A stretch of DNA of 64,000 nucleotides from a virus (taxonomy: Duplodnaviria > Caudoviricetes): the IMG/VR virus record IMGVR_UViG_3300037991_002562, positions 44,869-108,868 of that record. One strand, given 5' to 3'. The notes under the pieces are model-generated. The model had not been told where the DNA came from, did not search any database, and saw only the letters and a program-made list of their open reading frames with translations. The position numbers were made by a program, and so were the translations under genes. Positions 30,552-39,923 of the stretch are shown one piece after another. Numbering within the stretch: the first letter of the stretch is position 1; every line of letters begins with the position of its first letter.

Positions 30552-31195
30552 TATAGAACCGTACCTCTAAGTGCTAGAGAAAAGCCTTGCACTAGTCCTG
30601 AGGCAGTGACCTCTTCGCGAGGCTTATCTCCTACTAGTACGCATTTAAATTTAATTTCATTTGGCTCAAGCTCAGTGGTATTATCAATAGGACTGTCTAT
30701 TACACAATGTAGTGTGTAACGCACGGAAGTACTAATGTTCTCTACCTTGATAACTTTATAGATTCTATCGTTACCTGATAGTTTTAAGTAATCTCCGGCT
30801 ACTAGAGTACCTCCTAGGGACGCTCTATTAGCTACCTCTATAGTTTGAGCATTAATTTTTGTTATGAGACCCTGTCCCCGTTGAGGGCCAGATCCTACCC
30901 AGGCCCCGTTTTTAGGATTCGCTCTGTCAGGAAACCTGACATAGAACCTTGACGCCGAGCCTTGTAAAGAACTAAGAAAAACCCCTAGTTCGTTGTAAGT
31001 TTCAGGCAACATACTGTTGTATGATAAGCTGATGTTCCAGTAGTTCCCACCTTGGTAAACTGCAATTGTAGAACCCCCGTTTAGTTCCGTTGATTGAACG
31101 GGTGCAATATCGTATATTGTCTGAGATGCCCAACCCGGCCCTACAGGTGTAGTAGTGGGGTCTGGCAATTGTGGAATTGATGTATTGTAAGCCAC
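30551..31195 (-). CDS. Distal tail protein (pb9-like)
   Basis: LPDP...GPGW; size and synteny after tape measure. Confidence 0.8.
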   Translation of the reverse strand: MAYNTSIPQLPDPTTTPVGPGWASQTIYDIAPVQSTELNGGSTIAVYQGGNYWNISLSYNSMLPETYNELGVFLSSLQGSASRFYVRFPDRANPKNGAWVGSGPQRGQGLITKINAQTIEVANRASLGGTLVAGDYLKLSGNDRIYKVIKVENISTSVRYTLHCVIDSPIDNTTELEPNEIKFKCVLVGDKPREEVTASGLVQGFSLALRGTVL

Positions 31196-31222
31196 GAGTT
31201 ACCTCCTTAATTTATACTTACT

Positions 31223-31250
31223 ATTATACCCAATAAACAAGTTTTGTCAA
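31223..31250 (-). promoter_or_regulatory. Late sigma70 promoter
   Basis: TTGACA-16-TATAAT, AAGGAGG RBS downstream. Confidence 0.7.
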
Positions 31251-31305
31251 TACCTAACTTCGCATATTTTTTAAAGGCACAAAAGAAAAAAGCGCAGGGA
31301 TAACC

Positions 31306-34300
31306 CTACGCTTCTAAAGATGCCAAAGTGAAACCTTTGGAGTTGGCTGCCCTTTCTAGAGCTTCCCAAATGTCGTCTGACCTATCAACAATACTTTGAC
31401 TATCTAGAGCTGTAATGTTTAGGTTAAGATTATTTTTGGTAACTGGTTTAGACTCAGTTTCAGATTCTGATGCTGGTTTAACGTATAATGGTTGAGTTGG
31501 AACAATTTGCTCTGCTCCTCTCTCACCTACAGTTATAGAACCACCACCTGATCTACCAGGAGTAAAGTTATTAGCTCCTGTACCAAATCCAGACTCTCCA
31601 CGTAAGTAGGATAGCTCACCCATAGATGCTCCCATAGAGGTATCTACAGCGTTATTTCTAGAACCTACTGAAAGTGATAAGCCTCCAGTGTCCGCGTCTA
31701 GTGCTGCTAGTTGTCCAGCAGATGCCTTCTTAATATTATTAATCTGCATCATACCCATAGCAGCCATAACAGCAGCCATTGCACCACCTACTATAGGGCC
31801 TAGCTGAGCAACGGATTGCATCATAGCAAGCGACGTAGCCATAGCAGTCTGAGCAATACTAGACTTTTCTTTCTCTTTGATCTTTTTCTTTTCTAAGGCT
31901 CTAATCTTAGCTAAGGATTCCTGAGATTTTCCGTCACGTTTTTTCTCTGCTGCAATCTGGTTATCAATATCAGCAACAATCCCGTTAGTCATCTCACTAA
32001 ACATTGAAGACGCCATTGTACCAACTGCTATTATACTATCTGAGAAGTCCGCCAGCACTAGCTCTTGATTACTGGCCAGTAGTTCGGTGACATTACCCAT
32101 AGTGTCTACAATAGTACCAGACATGGATATAAACTCATTCTGCAGACTGGTTAATCCTGGTACTGAACCAGCCACCTCAGAAATAGCAGCACCTATTTCC
32201 CTATACGCAGATGCTTCCTCTTTAGCTTTAGCTATTCTTACGTCTGCTTCCGCGGCTATAACCTCAGCGGACAATACTCTAATCTCTGCATTGTTAGCAC
32301 CGCTAGCTTTAGCCGCAGCTAAGTTAGCACGTGCAACGTCTAAGTCTAGAGCTGCTTGAGTAACTGCTCTGGCTGCCTCAACTTCTTCATTAAGTCTTCT
32401 ACCTCCTAAGGATTCTCTACTTCTGGCCATATCATCCATAATAGAGTTTACTGTTGAATCAGCCTCTGCCTGTCTAACAGCTTTTTGAGCCTTGGCTAAA
32501 TCTTTGTAGTACCTAACTTCATCTTTAAGTAAGTCAACTTTACTTTGTTGAATTATCTCTGCTTCAGTTTGAGTACTGCTCAGTGCTTTCATAGTAGCCA
32601 GTAGCTTATCTTCCGCATCTAGTTCTTGCTGTATCAGTTCATATTTATCTCTGTACACCCCTAAACCTGCGGATTCAAATCTGTTAGCTGCTAAAGTATT
32701 ATTAAGTTTAACTTGGTTAATCTTCTCTAACTGCTTTTGGTACTCAATCTGCTTCTCTAGTAAGTAGATTTCGTTGCGCTTCTCTCTAATAGCTTCAACA
32801 TTATTCTTATCTGCGTTATCCATAAAGTCTAAAAGATTTTTCTGAATGTCTAGTTGTGACTCTAGTCCTTGCAGCTGAGAGTTTCCTTGTAGCGTGTTAT
32901 CTAGAGCTGCTGCTGATAATGTAACGGATAAGTCTCTAACTTTTTCGTTTAACTTTTCAGCATACTCGTACAGTTCGTCAAAGCTATTTATAGTAGCATC
33001 TAACCCTAAAGATTTAGATATTTTTTCAAACTCTTCTCTAGTTTTAGCAGTAACCGTCTCAATATCTTGGATATTTGCTGGTATATTAGCTTCTCTAAGG
33101 CTCATAGCAGTCTTAACAAATTCGGACATAGGCCCAGTTACTTGTTGGGAGCTAGTTGATAAAGACTCCATATCTCTAGCTGCTATCTCGAAGTCTCTGT
33201 TAAATGCTATAATAGCCGCCCCCATCTCAGCTATTTCATCATCGCTGAAACTGGACACTGCAATGCCTGCCTCACCTAGGACTTTATAGTAGTCACGAAG
33301 TGACTTGGTCGCGGCGTCAACAGTGATTTTCTGCCTATCCATTGCCTGCTCTGTATTATCCAATCCTGGAATTAATCCTACTAAGCTGTTAGACAATTCT
33401 TTAAGTTCATCAGAGAAAGCGTATAACAACCCCCCTGTAACAGCAGTGGCTATTAGGAATAAGGGATTTTTAACCATTGCTATAGTTGCTGCTTTTACTG
33501 CGGAGGCTATAGCAACAAAACCACCAGCTACTGCTGCAAGGGCAGTAGGTATTCTACCAGCTGTAAGAACTGTCATTGCTACAGCATTAGAACGTGCCGC
33601 CGCAGTTAGTCCTACAACAGCTGTGGTAATTGCTTTAGTGGATACTACAGCCAGTAGCGATTTAGTAGCGTATACTGTAGTAATAGCTACCAGAGCTTGC
33701 AGAGCTATAGTGAAGTTTTCTACTGTATCTTTTGCATCCTCTAAATATCCAGCGCTTTCCTCAGTAGACTCACCAAGTTCTTTGGTAGCCTTGCTAAGTT
33801 CAGAAGCAGCTACTAAAGCTTGCCCCCAGTGTTCACCTTCTAGAGCTAACTTTAAGGTTTTTTGAGACTCAGTTACATCATCAGTAGCAGCCTTAAACTT
33901 ATTAGTCTCGTTTATAGTATTAAGTAAGGAAGTACTTACCTTAGCTAAAGGTTCTAATAGTTTAGATAGCCCTACTAGCATGTTGTCAATAGCATTCTTT
34001 GCCGCAACGCCTAGCTCTTCCCACTTAGTAGCTCCTGCGTCAATTCCAGAGAATCTAGTATCTAACTGACGTTGAACTTCGTTAGTTAGTGCTAGTTGAC
34101 GTTCGTAATCAGATAGCTCGTCTACGGTCTTATCCACCGTTTTAGCATATGCTTCGAACGCTGGAGTCAATCTTGTAACAACACCTAGTTCGTCAAATAA
34201 TTCAATCTCTTGCTTAGAGATACCGCGAAGTACTCTATCCATAGAGTCGTTGAAGTCTCTACCTAGCGCTATTGACGCTTTACGCGCTCCTACTGTTAGG

Positions 34301-35211
34301 TTCTCTAACTGTTCCGCAGTAAAGTTAAATGCAGCACCTTTAGTAGCGAATGACATACTTTCTCTAACCGACAATGCACCTTGAGAAAGCTCTGACATAT
34401 CTCTAGCTAGACCTTTAACGTTAATACCTGAAACGGCTGCCGAGAAGCTAGCTGTTTGAGTCATTAGCCTATCGAAGTTAGCAGCTTCATTTAGTACCCT
34501 AAAGGCTTCTGAAACCGCGTAAACGTTAATAGCTATACTAGCGTACGCAGATGTTAATGGGTTCATAGAGAACGCTAATTCACTGAAAGCTCGCTTCTGG
34601 TTTCTTCCACTACCTGCTAGACCCCTAGCAGAGTTGTTGAAACCGTCTTGGCTTTGAGTAGCTCTGCCAACAGACTTGCTGTATTCGTTCATAGCCTCAG
34701 CAGAAGCTTGAGTTGCGTCCCTAGTAGTTTTTAAACGTTTAGCTGTTTTACCAGTGTTCTCTTCCATAGCTTCTAGCTGTATGTTAGATACTCTAATACG
34801 TTCTTCAATTCTATCTAGACCTATAACTACTTGGTTCAATATTTTTTCTAGAGACTGCATTCCTGCTGCCCCTGTAGTGCTATCGTTTACGCTTTTAAGC
34901 GACTTGGCAGCACTAGATGCTGTTTTGTTAACCATGTCTAGTGTTTTGTTAACTTCTTGCATCCTTTTCTGGTATGTTTCTAATCCTTTAGTTTTTATCT
35001 TATTAGCACTCATAGAGGAGTTAATAGTTTTCATACTATTAGACATTGACTCTAATGCGGTGTTAATGGACTTGAAACTTCTACCAGACCCTTTGACTGT
35101 CTCTATAACAGCTTTAAGGTTTTCATTAAGCTTACCAGACTCACGAGCAGCAGTGGTAATATCCTTACCACTTACTTTAATCATTATGTCTCTTATATTT
35201 CGTTGTGCCAT
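31306..35211 (-). CDS. Tape measure protein (pb2-like)
   Basis: 1301 aa, Ala-rich coiled coil, hydrophobic segments, KQEIELFDELG, VGERGAE. Confidence 0.92.
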   Translation of the reverse strand: MAQRNIRDIMIKVSGKDITTAARESGKLNENLKAVIETVKGSGRSFKSINTALESMSNSMKTINSSMSANKIKTKGLETYQKRMQEVNKTLDMVNKTASSAAKSLKSVNDSTTGAAGMQSLEKILNQVVIGLDRIEERIRVSNIQLEAMEENTGKTAKRLKTTRDATQASAEAMNEYSKSVGRATQSQDGFNNSARGLAGSGRNQKRAFSELAFSMNPLTSAYASIAINVYAVSEAFRVLNEAANFDRLMTQTASFSAAVSGINVKGLARDMSELSQGALSVRESMSFATKGAAFNFTAEQLENLTVGARKASIALGRDFNDSMDRVLRGISKQEIELFDELGVVTRLTPAFEAYAKTVDKTVDELSDYERQLALTNEVQRQLDTRFSGIDAGATKWEELGVAAKNAIDNMLVGLSKLLEPLAKVSTSLLNTINETNKFKAATDDVTESQKTLKLALEGEHWGQALVAASELSKATKELGESTEESAGYLEDAKDTVENFTIALQALVAITTVYATKSLLAVVSTKAITTAVVGLTAAARSNAVAMTVLTAGRIPTALAAVAGGFVAIASAVKAATIAMVKNPLFLIATAVTGGLLYAFSDELKELSNSLVGLIPGLDNTEQAMDRQKITVDAATKSLRDYYKVLGEAGIAVSSFSDDEIAEMGAAIIAFNRDFEIAARDMESLSTSSQQVTGPMSEFVKTAMSLREANIPANIQDIETVTAKTREEFEKISKSLGLDATINSFDELYEYAEKLNEKVRDLSVTLSAAALDNTLQGNSQLQGLESQLDIQKNLLDFMDNADKNNVEAIREKRNEIYLLEKQIEYQKQLEKINQVKLNNTLAANRFESAGLGVYRDKYELIQQELDAEDKLLATMKALSSTQTEAEIIQQSKVDLLKDEVRYYKDLAKAQKAVRQAEADSTVNSIMDDMARSRESLGGRRLNEEVEAARAVTQAALDLDVARANLAAAKASGANNAEIRVLSAEVIAAEADVRIAKAKEEASAYREIGAAISEVAGSVPGLTSLQNEFISMSGTIVDTMGNVTELLASNQELVLADFSDSIIAVGTMASSMFSEMTNGIVADIDNQIAAEKKRDGKSQESLAKIRALEKKKIKEKEKSSIAQTAMATSLAMMQSVAQLGPIVGGAMAAVMAAMGMMQINNIKKASAGQLAALDADTGGLSLSVGSRNNAVDTSMGASMGELSYLRGESGFGTGANNFTPGRSGGGSITVGERGAEQIVPTQPLYVKPASESETESKPVTKNNLNLNITALDSQSIVDRSDDIWEALERAANSKGFTLASLEA

Positions 35212-35306
35212 TAATTATTACCTTATATAAAAAAGGCCCTAAGCCTTTCGACCTAGAGCCAAACGTGAAACACAGGTGCTTCACTCCAGAGGATAACTTT
35301 GTACTC

Positions 35307-35702
35307 CTAGCGACCCTTGCTGATTTCTTTTTTAGCTTTCTCAACAGAGTTTTTCACATTAATTCTGTCTAGGTGTAGAATTGCTTCCGTTATCTCCATT
35401 CTGCTCCAAAAGTCCGTTATTAAGTATGTATCTAGTAAGAACGGTAGAGCAGATACGTTTTTTCCTGCGTAAGTACTAACATTACCTCCTGTATACGTAT
35501 CTGGAAGCTTAGAGTAAATCTCTAGAGAGTCCTGTACAAACTGAGGCAAGTCCGAAAAATCCGGGGGCATCTTGTCAGGGTCGGGTTCATCACCCATACG
35601 CTCACAGATTTCCAAGTACTGTTCTTTAGTAATATTATGTTGCTGGTTGCTTTGGTATTTATCGAGTAGGTCTAAACCCTTACTTAGATTGCTCTCCGCG
35701 AA
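35307..35702 (-). CDS. Tail assembly chaperone, downstream (GT-like) frame
   Basis: ICERMGDEPDPDKMPP; frame stays open upstream into the G gene (+1 frame); start uncertain. Confidence 0.7.
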   Translation of the reverse strand, partial: FAESNLSKGLDLLDKYQSNQQHNITKEQYLEICERMGDEPDPDKMPPDFSDLPQFVQDSLEIYSKLPDTYTGGNVSTYAGKNVSALPFLLDTYLITDFWSRMEITEAILHLDRINVKNSVEKAKKEISKGR

Positions 35703-36096
35703 AGTATTTTAGTTTAAACGCCACCTCGTTTACCCAAGCTTCAAAAGCAGTACTATTTTTGATAAGTAATACAGCGTTGTCATGGTTGTACGGGATCTCG
35801 TCTTCGTCGTTTACTTGATCGTCATTAACTGGTAATAAGTCTTTAACGTATTCTCCTGTTAGACCTTCCCAACCCTTGATAGCAGCATTGGTGAATTTCT
35901 CTGCGAACTTGTTCTCGTCTAGAGTTTCTTCCATGCTAGAGTAGCGGTCTGACATTCTTGTAACTGTGCAGTCTTTACGAATCTTGTTCGCTAGCTGTCT
36001 GCTTATTAGACCAATTTTAACTTTAAATCCTTTGTAGCCTGGGAACTCTAGTTCCGCAGTTTTTGATTCCTGTAATACATCTTTTAAATTAACCAT
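35680..36096 (-). CDS. Tail assembly chaperone (G-like)
   Basis: IKGWEGL motif; position between tube and tape measure genes. Confidence 0.85.
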   Translation of the reverse strand: MVNLKDVLQESKTAELEFPGYKGFKVKIGLISRQLANKIRKDCTVTRMSDRYSSMEETLDENKFAEKFTNAAIKGWEGLTGEYVKDLLPVNDDQVNDEDEIPYNHDNAVLLIKNSTAFEAWVNEVAFKLKYFRGEQSK

Positions 36097-36103
36097 ATTT
36101 CCT

Positions 36104-36970
36104 CTAGATTATTATTTGTGAGTCTACGCTATTTAGTAGCTTAAAGTCTGATACCGACTGTAGTACTCCTGAGCCAAAATCAGCTCTCTGTGTTATGTTG
36201 CAATGTCCTAGGTTGACTGTCATGTAGTCGCCTAGGGATATAGATACTGGCACATCAGGTAAATACTTGGGCTCTTCTGTCCCTCTTTTTATGGTTGTTA
36301 TATTACCTGCTACTGCCAAGTTTGACCCTACTACATCCTCAGGAATAAACATAGTTCCAGAAAATGCGTCGTGTACTGATTGATTATTTAGCCAATTTAT
36401 ATCTCTAGTTAATTCTAATGTAGCTCCTGCTACTCTAGAAACATCAATACCGGGTACAGATGCTGAGATATATGCGTTTGTAAATGACCCTTGAGAGTAT
36501 AATGTTCCGTTAGAAGGTAGAACTATTGAATCCGTCATAGAAGTAAATCCTCTAGCTGTCACAGACATACCAAGAACCCCTCTAGGATTTAGTTTAAAGC
36601 TAAGATTTTCTAGTACCACATTATCTATAAATACTATCTTTGCTCCTAAATCTACGTAAACATCAAACTTTTTAGTCAACTGTCCATTAACTGCTGGGAA
36701 GTTACCTGAAGCATCAAAGCCGTACCATTCCAAGACTTTTTTCTCAACTGTAATATTATCGCTGAAATACATTTCAAAGTCAAAGGAGCAATTAGACTTG
36801 GCATTTACATAAGTTTTGTTATTAATAGCTACTGGGTTATGTACTGTTGATACATCGTACCCTCGCTCAATAAAGGTTTCGGAGAAGTTAAAGTCCGCTA
36901 CCTTTAGCAGGTAGCGGTCAGTACCGTCGTCTATAATGAGCTTAGAGCCTCTTTTAAAACTAAAGCTCAT
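36104..36970 (-). CDS. Baseplate tube/minor tail protein (p140-like)
   Basis: Tail-tube-like sequence, synteny. Confidence 0.75.
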   Translation of the reverse strand: MSFSFKRGSKLIIDDGTDRYLLKVADFNFSETFIERGYDVSTVHNPVAINNKTYVNAKSNCSFDFEMYFSDNITVEKKVLEWYGFDASGNFPAVNGQLTKKFDVYVDLGAKIVFIDNVVLENLSFKLNPRGVLGMSVTARGFTSMTDSIVLPSNGTLYSQGSFTNAYISASVPGIDVSRVAGATLELTRDINWLNNQSVHDAFSGTMFIPEDVVGSNLAVAGNITTIKRGTEEPKYLPDVPVSISLGDYMTVNLGHCNITQRADFGSGVLQSVSDFKLLNSVDSQIII

Positions 36971-36979
36971 TTAGTCTCC

Positions 36980-38131
36980 TTATCGGAAAAACGTAATGTT
37001 TACTTCGTCACCGTCGTCCATATCAGCGCTGCTAGGAATACCTTTAAATTCTAGAGACTGAGATATGATGGAGTCTACTGAAACAGCTGGGATACCAATA
37101 TGCGCTTGAGGAAGGTTCACTTCCACACGACTACTATTAGATTTACCACCTAGTTCAAAAGTGATGTTAGAAACGTTAATAACGTTTTTGTTTTGTACCA
37201 TTTGTTTTAGTAAGTCCGCAGAACCGTAAGCGTTTGCGTCACTAGAACCGTCGGCTAAACCAACACCGTCACGTAGATAACTATCCATTGATCCAGATAC
37301 ATCGAATGTACCAGTAAATGAGCCTACCGGAGTATCTACTTCAGCTAATGTTGAAGGAGTTACATAACTGATGTTGTTGTTGATAGTTAGTGAGCCACCT
37401 GTTAGAGCAATACGGTAGTATGAAGTGCTACCACCTGCGTTAGACTGCATAGTAACAGTTGTTAACTTACTTAGGATGTAAGAACGGTCAGCTGGAATAC
37501 CTACGAAAGAATCCGCTGTTGGAATATCAGGGTTGAATGTTTCCGCTGTAGCCGACATAAATGCAGGAGCTGCGATTTCAACCATCTCTGTACCTTGTCC
37601 AGACCAGTTAGTCATAGCAATGTCAGCAATGTCTAGAGGTATTGACGCTTCATTAACCTGAGCTTCTTTAACTAGATAAACCTTGTTATCAATCTTAAAG
37701 TAAAGGTTAAGCTTAGTTAGTACGTGAGCACCGTTTTTAGTGAATCCGATTTTAAACTCTGAACCTGTTGAGTAAACGTCAGTTTGACCAGCATTACCTG
37801 CGCCATCGCCTTGTAGTTCAAGAGGAAGGTCATTGCTGGTTGCTAGAGCATGCCATAAGATAGCATCTAGAGCATATACATCACCGTTTACTAAGTATGG
37901 GTTTAGGTATGTTGAGAAGCTCCAGTCAACAGGGTCTAGATTGGTATTGAAACGTCTAGAACCACGAGTTGGTGTAGGGCCTGCCTCTTCTGGGGAAATA
38001 TCCTCAGAAGCCATGTTCTGACCTAAACTATACCCGTCTTGAATTGGGATCTCAAATGTGTTTGAGTTATCGTGTCCAGTGTCCACTGTACTAACCCAAA
38101 GTCTGGTATTACGTGATAAATTTAAAGACAT
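36980..38131 (-). CDS. Major tail tube protein (pb6-like, apparently without C-terminal Ig domain)
   Basis: LSRNTRLWVST, RGSRRFNT.LDPVDWSFSTY. Confidence 0.9.
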   Translation of the reverse strand: MSLNLSRNTRLWVSTVDTGHDNSNTFEIPIQDGYSLGQNMASEDISPEEAGPTPTRGSRRFNTNLDPVDWSFSTYLNPYLVNGDVYALDAILWHALATSNDLPLELQGDGAGNAGQTDVYSTGSEFKIGFTKNGAHVLTKLNLYFKIDNKVYLVKEAQVNEASIPLDIADIAMTNWSGQGTEMVEIAAPAFMSATAETFNPDIPTADSFVGIPADRSYILSKLTTVTMQSNAGGSTSYYRIALTGGSLTINNNISYVTPSTLAEVDTPVGSFTGTFDVSGSMDSYLRDGVGLADGSSDANAYGSADLLKQMVQNKNVINVSNITFELGGKSNSSRVEVNLPQAHIGIPAVSVDSIISQSLEFKGIPSSADMDDGDEVNITFFR

Positions 38132-38142
38132 TAATTATTCTC

Positions 38143-38610
38143 CTAGTAATCTCTTCTTTTTTCATATTCTACAGAGAGTAGTATCTCCCCAATTCCTTGA
38201 GGCTGTAATAGACCTTCATCTGTAGTGATAGACAATATAGTGTTGGATATAGTTTTATTGGTCTCCTGACCACTACTTGTAATTAAATTATACGCCATAT
38301 CCAAATTCTTGTCAAAAAACTTTTCTAAGTCACCAATGATTTGCTCAAGTTCCCCTTGGGCATCATCTTGGTTTTTTACATATACTCGTACAGCAACTTC
38401 AAGCCTACAAAGGGTAAAGTTGGAGGGCATGTCTTCTCTAGTCTCAGGCCCAGGAGTAACAGTAATAGTAGGGAAATTCTCTATATCTTGGAAATGTCGA
38501 ACTCTAGATTCCACATTCCCGTACATGTTAGTAAGGTAATCCCCAGTACCATTTAATACTTGTTGTAACTTTTCTACATATGCGACTGGAATCGCTGTTC
38601 TGGCATTCAT
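38143..38610 (-). CDS. Tail terminator (p142-like)
   Basis: FPTITV.PG.E, SITTDEGLL. Confidence 0.85.
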   Translation of the reverse strand: MNARTAIPVAYVEKLQQVLNGTGDYLTNMYGNVESRVRHFQDIENFPTITVTPGPETREDMPSNFTLCRLEVAVRVYVKNQDDAQGELEQIIGDLEKFFDKNLDMAYNLITSSGQETNKTISNTILSITTDEGLLQPQGIGEILLSVEYEKRRDY

Positions 38611-39317
38611 CTAAAGTCACCATTAATAATATTGCCGTGTTTACTTCTTCCTGAGTACACGCTAAATCTAGTATTAGCTAAATCCTGGTCACTTATTAGT
38701 AACGATAAAGCATCAGCTATTGCGTTAGAGAATATATCCCTAGGGTCACGGCCTTTCTTATACTGAGCAAATCCCGGTTCAAATGTTTGATACGGGTAAT
38801 ACAGATAAGTAAAGTGTATGCTACTTCTCTTTAGGTTAAAGCTAGTAATATTAACAGAGTTGGCTAACCTACCAGTCCTAAAGTTTAGTGTGTTTCCGTA
38901 CTTGTGCCCTTTCATAATTTCTTTAGCTTTTATCTTAACCATACTATTAAGAAGAGTAGCTAATTTAAGAGCACCAATAAATCTTCCAGACCTAGAGCGG
39001 AGTGCCTGGGCCGACTTGGTAACATTGATTCTTTTAGTTCTAGAGAAACCTTTTATCTTATTACCTGTGCTATCACCTACTATAGTAGATACAATACCAT
39101 CTACTTCCGATTCTAATACCTCTATAGCAGCATCTATAATTTGCTCTATACTCTTCTCAGAGGTCTCTATTCCTCTAGAGTCCAGTGTATAAGCTAAATC
39201 CGCTCCACGCTCTACTAACATTTCTCTGTATTCTTGAACTCGTCCTAAAGCTATAGAATCTAATAGTTTAGCTTCTACTAATTTTCGATATTCTAAATCT
39301 AGGAAACTGGTAAACAT
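38607..39317 (-). CDS. Tail completion protein (p143-like)
   Basis: LNFRTGRLANS, PYQTFE, RDPR. Confidence 0.8.
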   Translation of the reverse strand: MFTSFLDLEYRKLVEAKLLDSIALGRVQEYREMLVERGADLAYTLDSRGIETSEKSIEQIIDAAIEVLESEVDGIVSTIVGDSTGNKIKGFSRTKRINVTKSAQALRSRSGRFIGALKLATLLNSMVKIKAKEIMKGHKYGNTLNFRTGRLANSVNITSFNLKRSSIHFTYLYYPYQTFEPGFAQYKKGRDPRDIFSNAIADALSLLISDQDLANTRFSVYSGRSKHGNIINGDFR

Positions 39318-39859
39318 TATAACACCCTGAACATATCTAATATAGTTCTAATGTGACTTGGTAAAATACTAGCATCAGTAAAGTCTACTGACTGTCCATT
39401 ACCTATATCTTTAGACTTATTAAATTCCCTTTTATCGTAGTAAGTTGTTAGCTCTACTGCTGCTTGTTTAAGTGCAAAAGGCACTACAGTATACCCATAA
39501 GTATAGTCAACAATAAAGGCTCTAGGATTTCTAGGTAGGTTTATTGAGGGATCGATTAGTTCTATCGTGCCCTCTTGAGGGTGCAGAATGTATTGGGAAG
39601 AATCAAGCTCTTCGGTATACTCAGATGACCTTTTAATCCCTAAATACTCTACACTTATGATAGGAGTATCTGGTAATATGATGTAGTAATTGCTTTGGTT
39701 TAGTCGTACTCCGGTAGCTACCGAACCGCTAAAACTAACTTGACAGTATTCTTCTATAATACTATTAACAGCATCAATTAAAGGCTGGAGCTGAGTATCT
39801 TGTTTAGGATTGTTTATACCCTTAAATAATTTGTATTCGTTTAGAGTTATAACACTCAT
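39317..39859 (-). CDS. Head completion/adaptor protein (p144-like)
   Basis: ITLNEYK, YTYGY..VP..LKQA, LP.HIR.ILD.FR. Confidence 0.85.
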   Translation of the reverse strand: MSVITLNEYKLFKGINNPKQDTQLQPLIDAVNSIIEEYCQVSFSGSVATGVRLNQSNYYIILPDTPIISVEYLGIKRSSEYTEELDSSQYILHPQEGTIELIDPSINLPRNPRAFIVDYTYGYTVVPFALKQAAVELTTYYDKREFNKSKDIGNGQSVDFTDASILPSHIRTILDMFRVL

Positions 39860-39869
39860 ATTTGCTCCC

Positions 39870-39902
39870 AATAAAAAAGCCCCACCCAAAGGTGGGCAGG
39901 GC
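39870..39902 (-). terminator. Terminator after capsid gene
   Basis: GC stem CCCACC/GGTGGG followed by T-run on the minus strand. Confidence 0.7.
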
Positions 39903-39923
39903 TTCTGTTTTAAGTATTATCTA

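Noticed and set aside
32087-35230. Long plus-strand ORFs opposite the tape measure and other late genes
   Set aside because: Antisense shadows caused by codon bias
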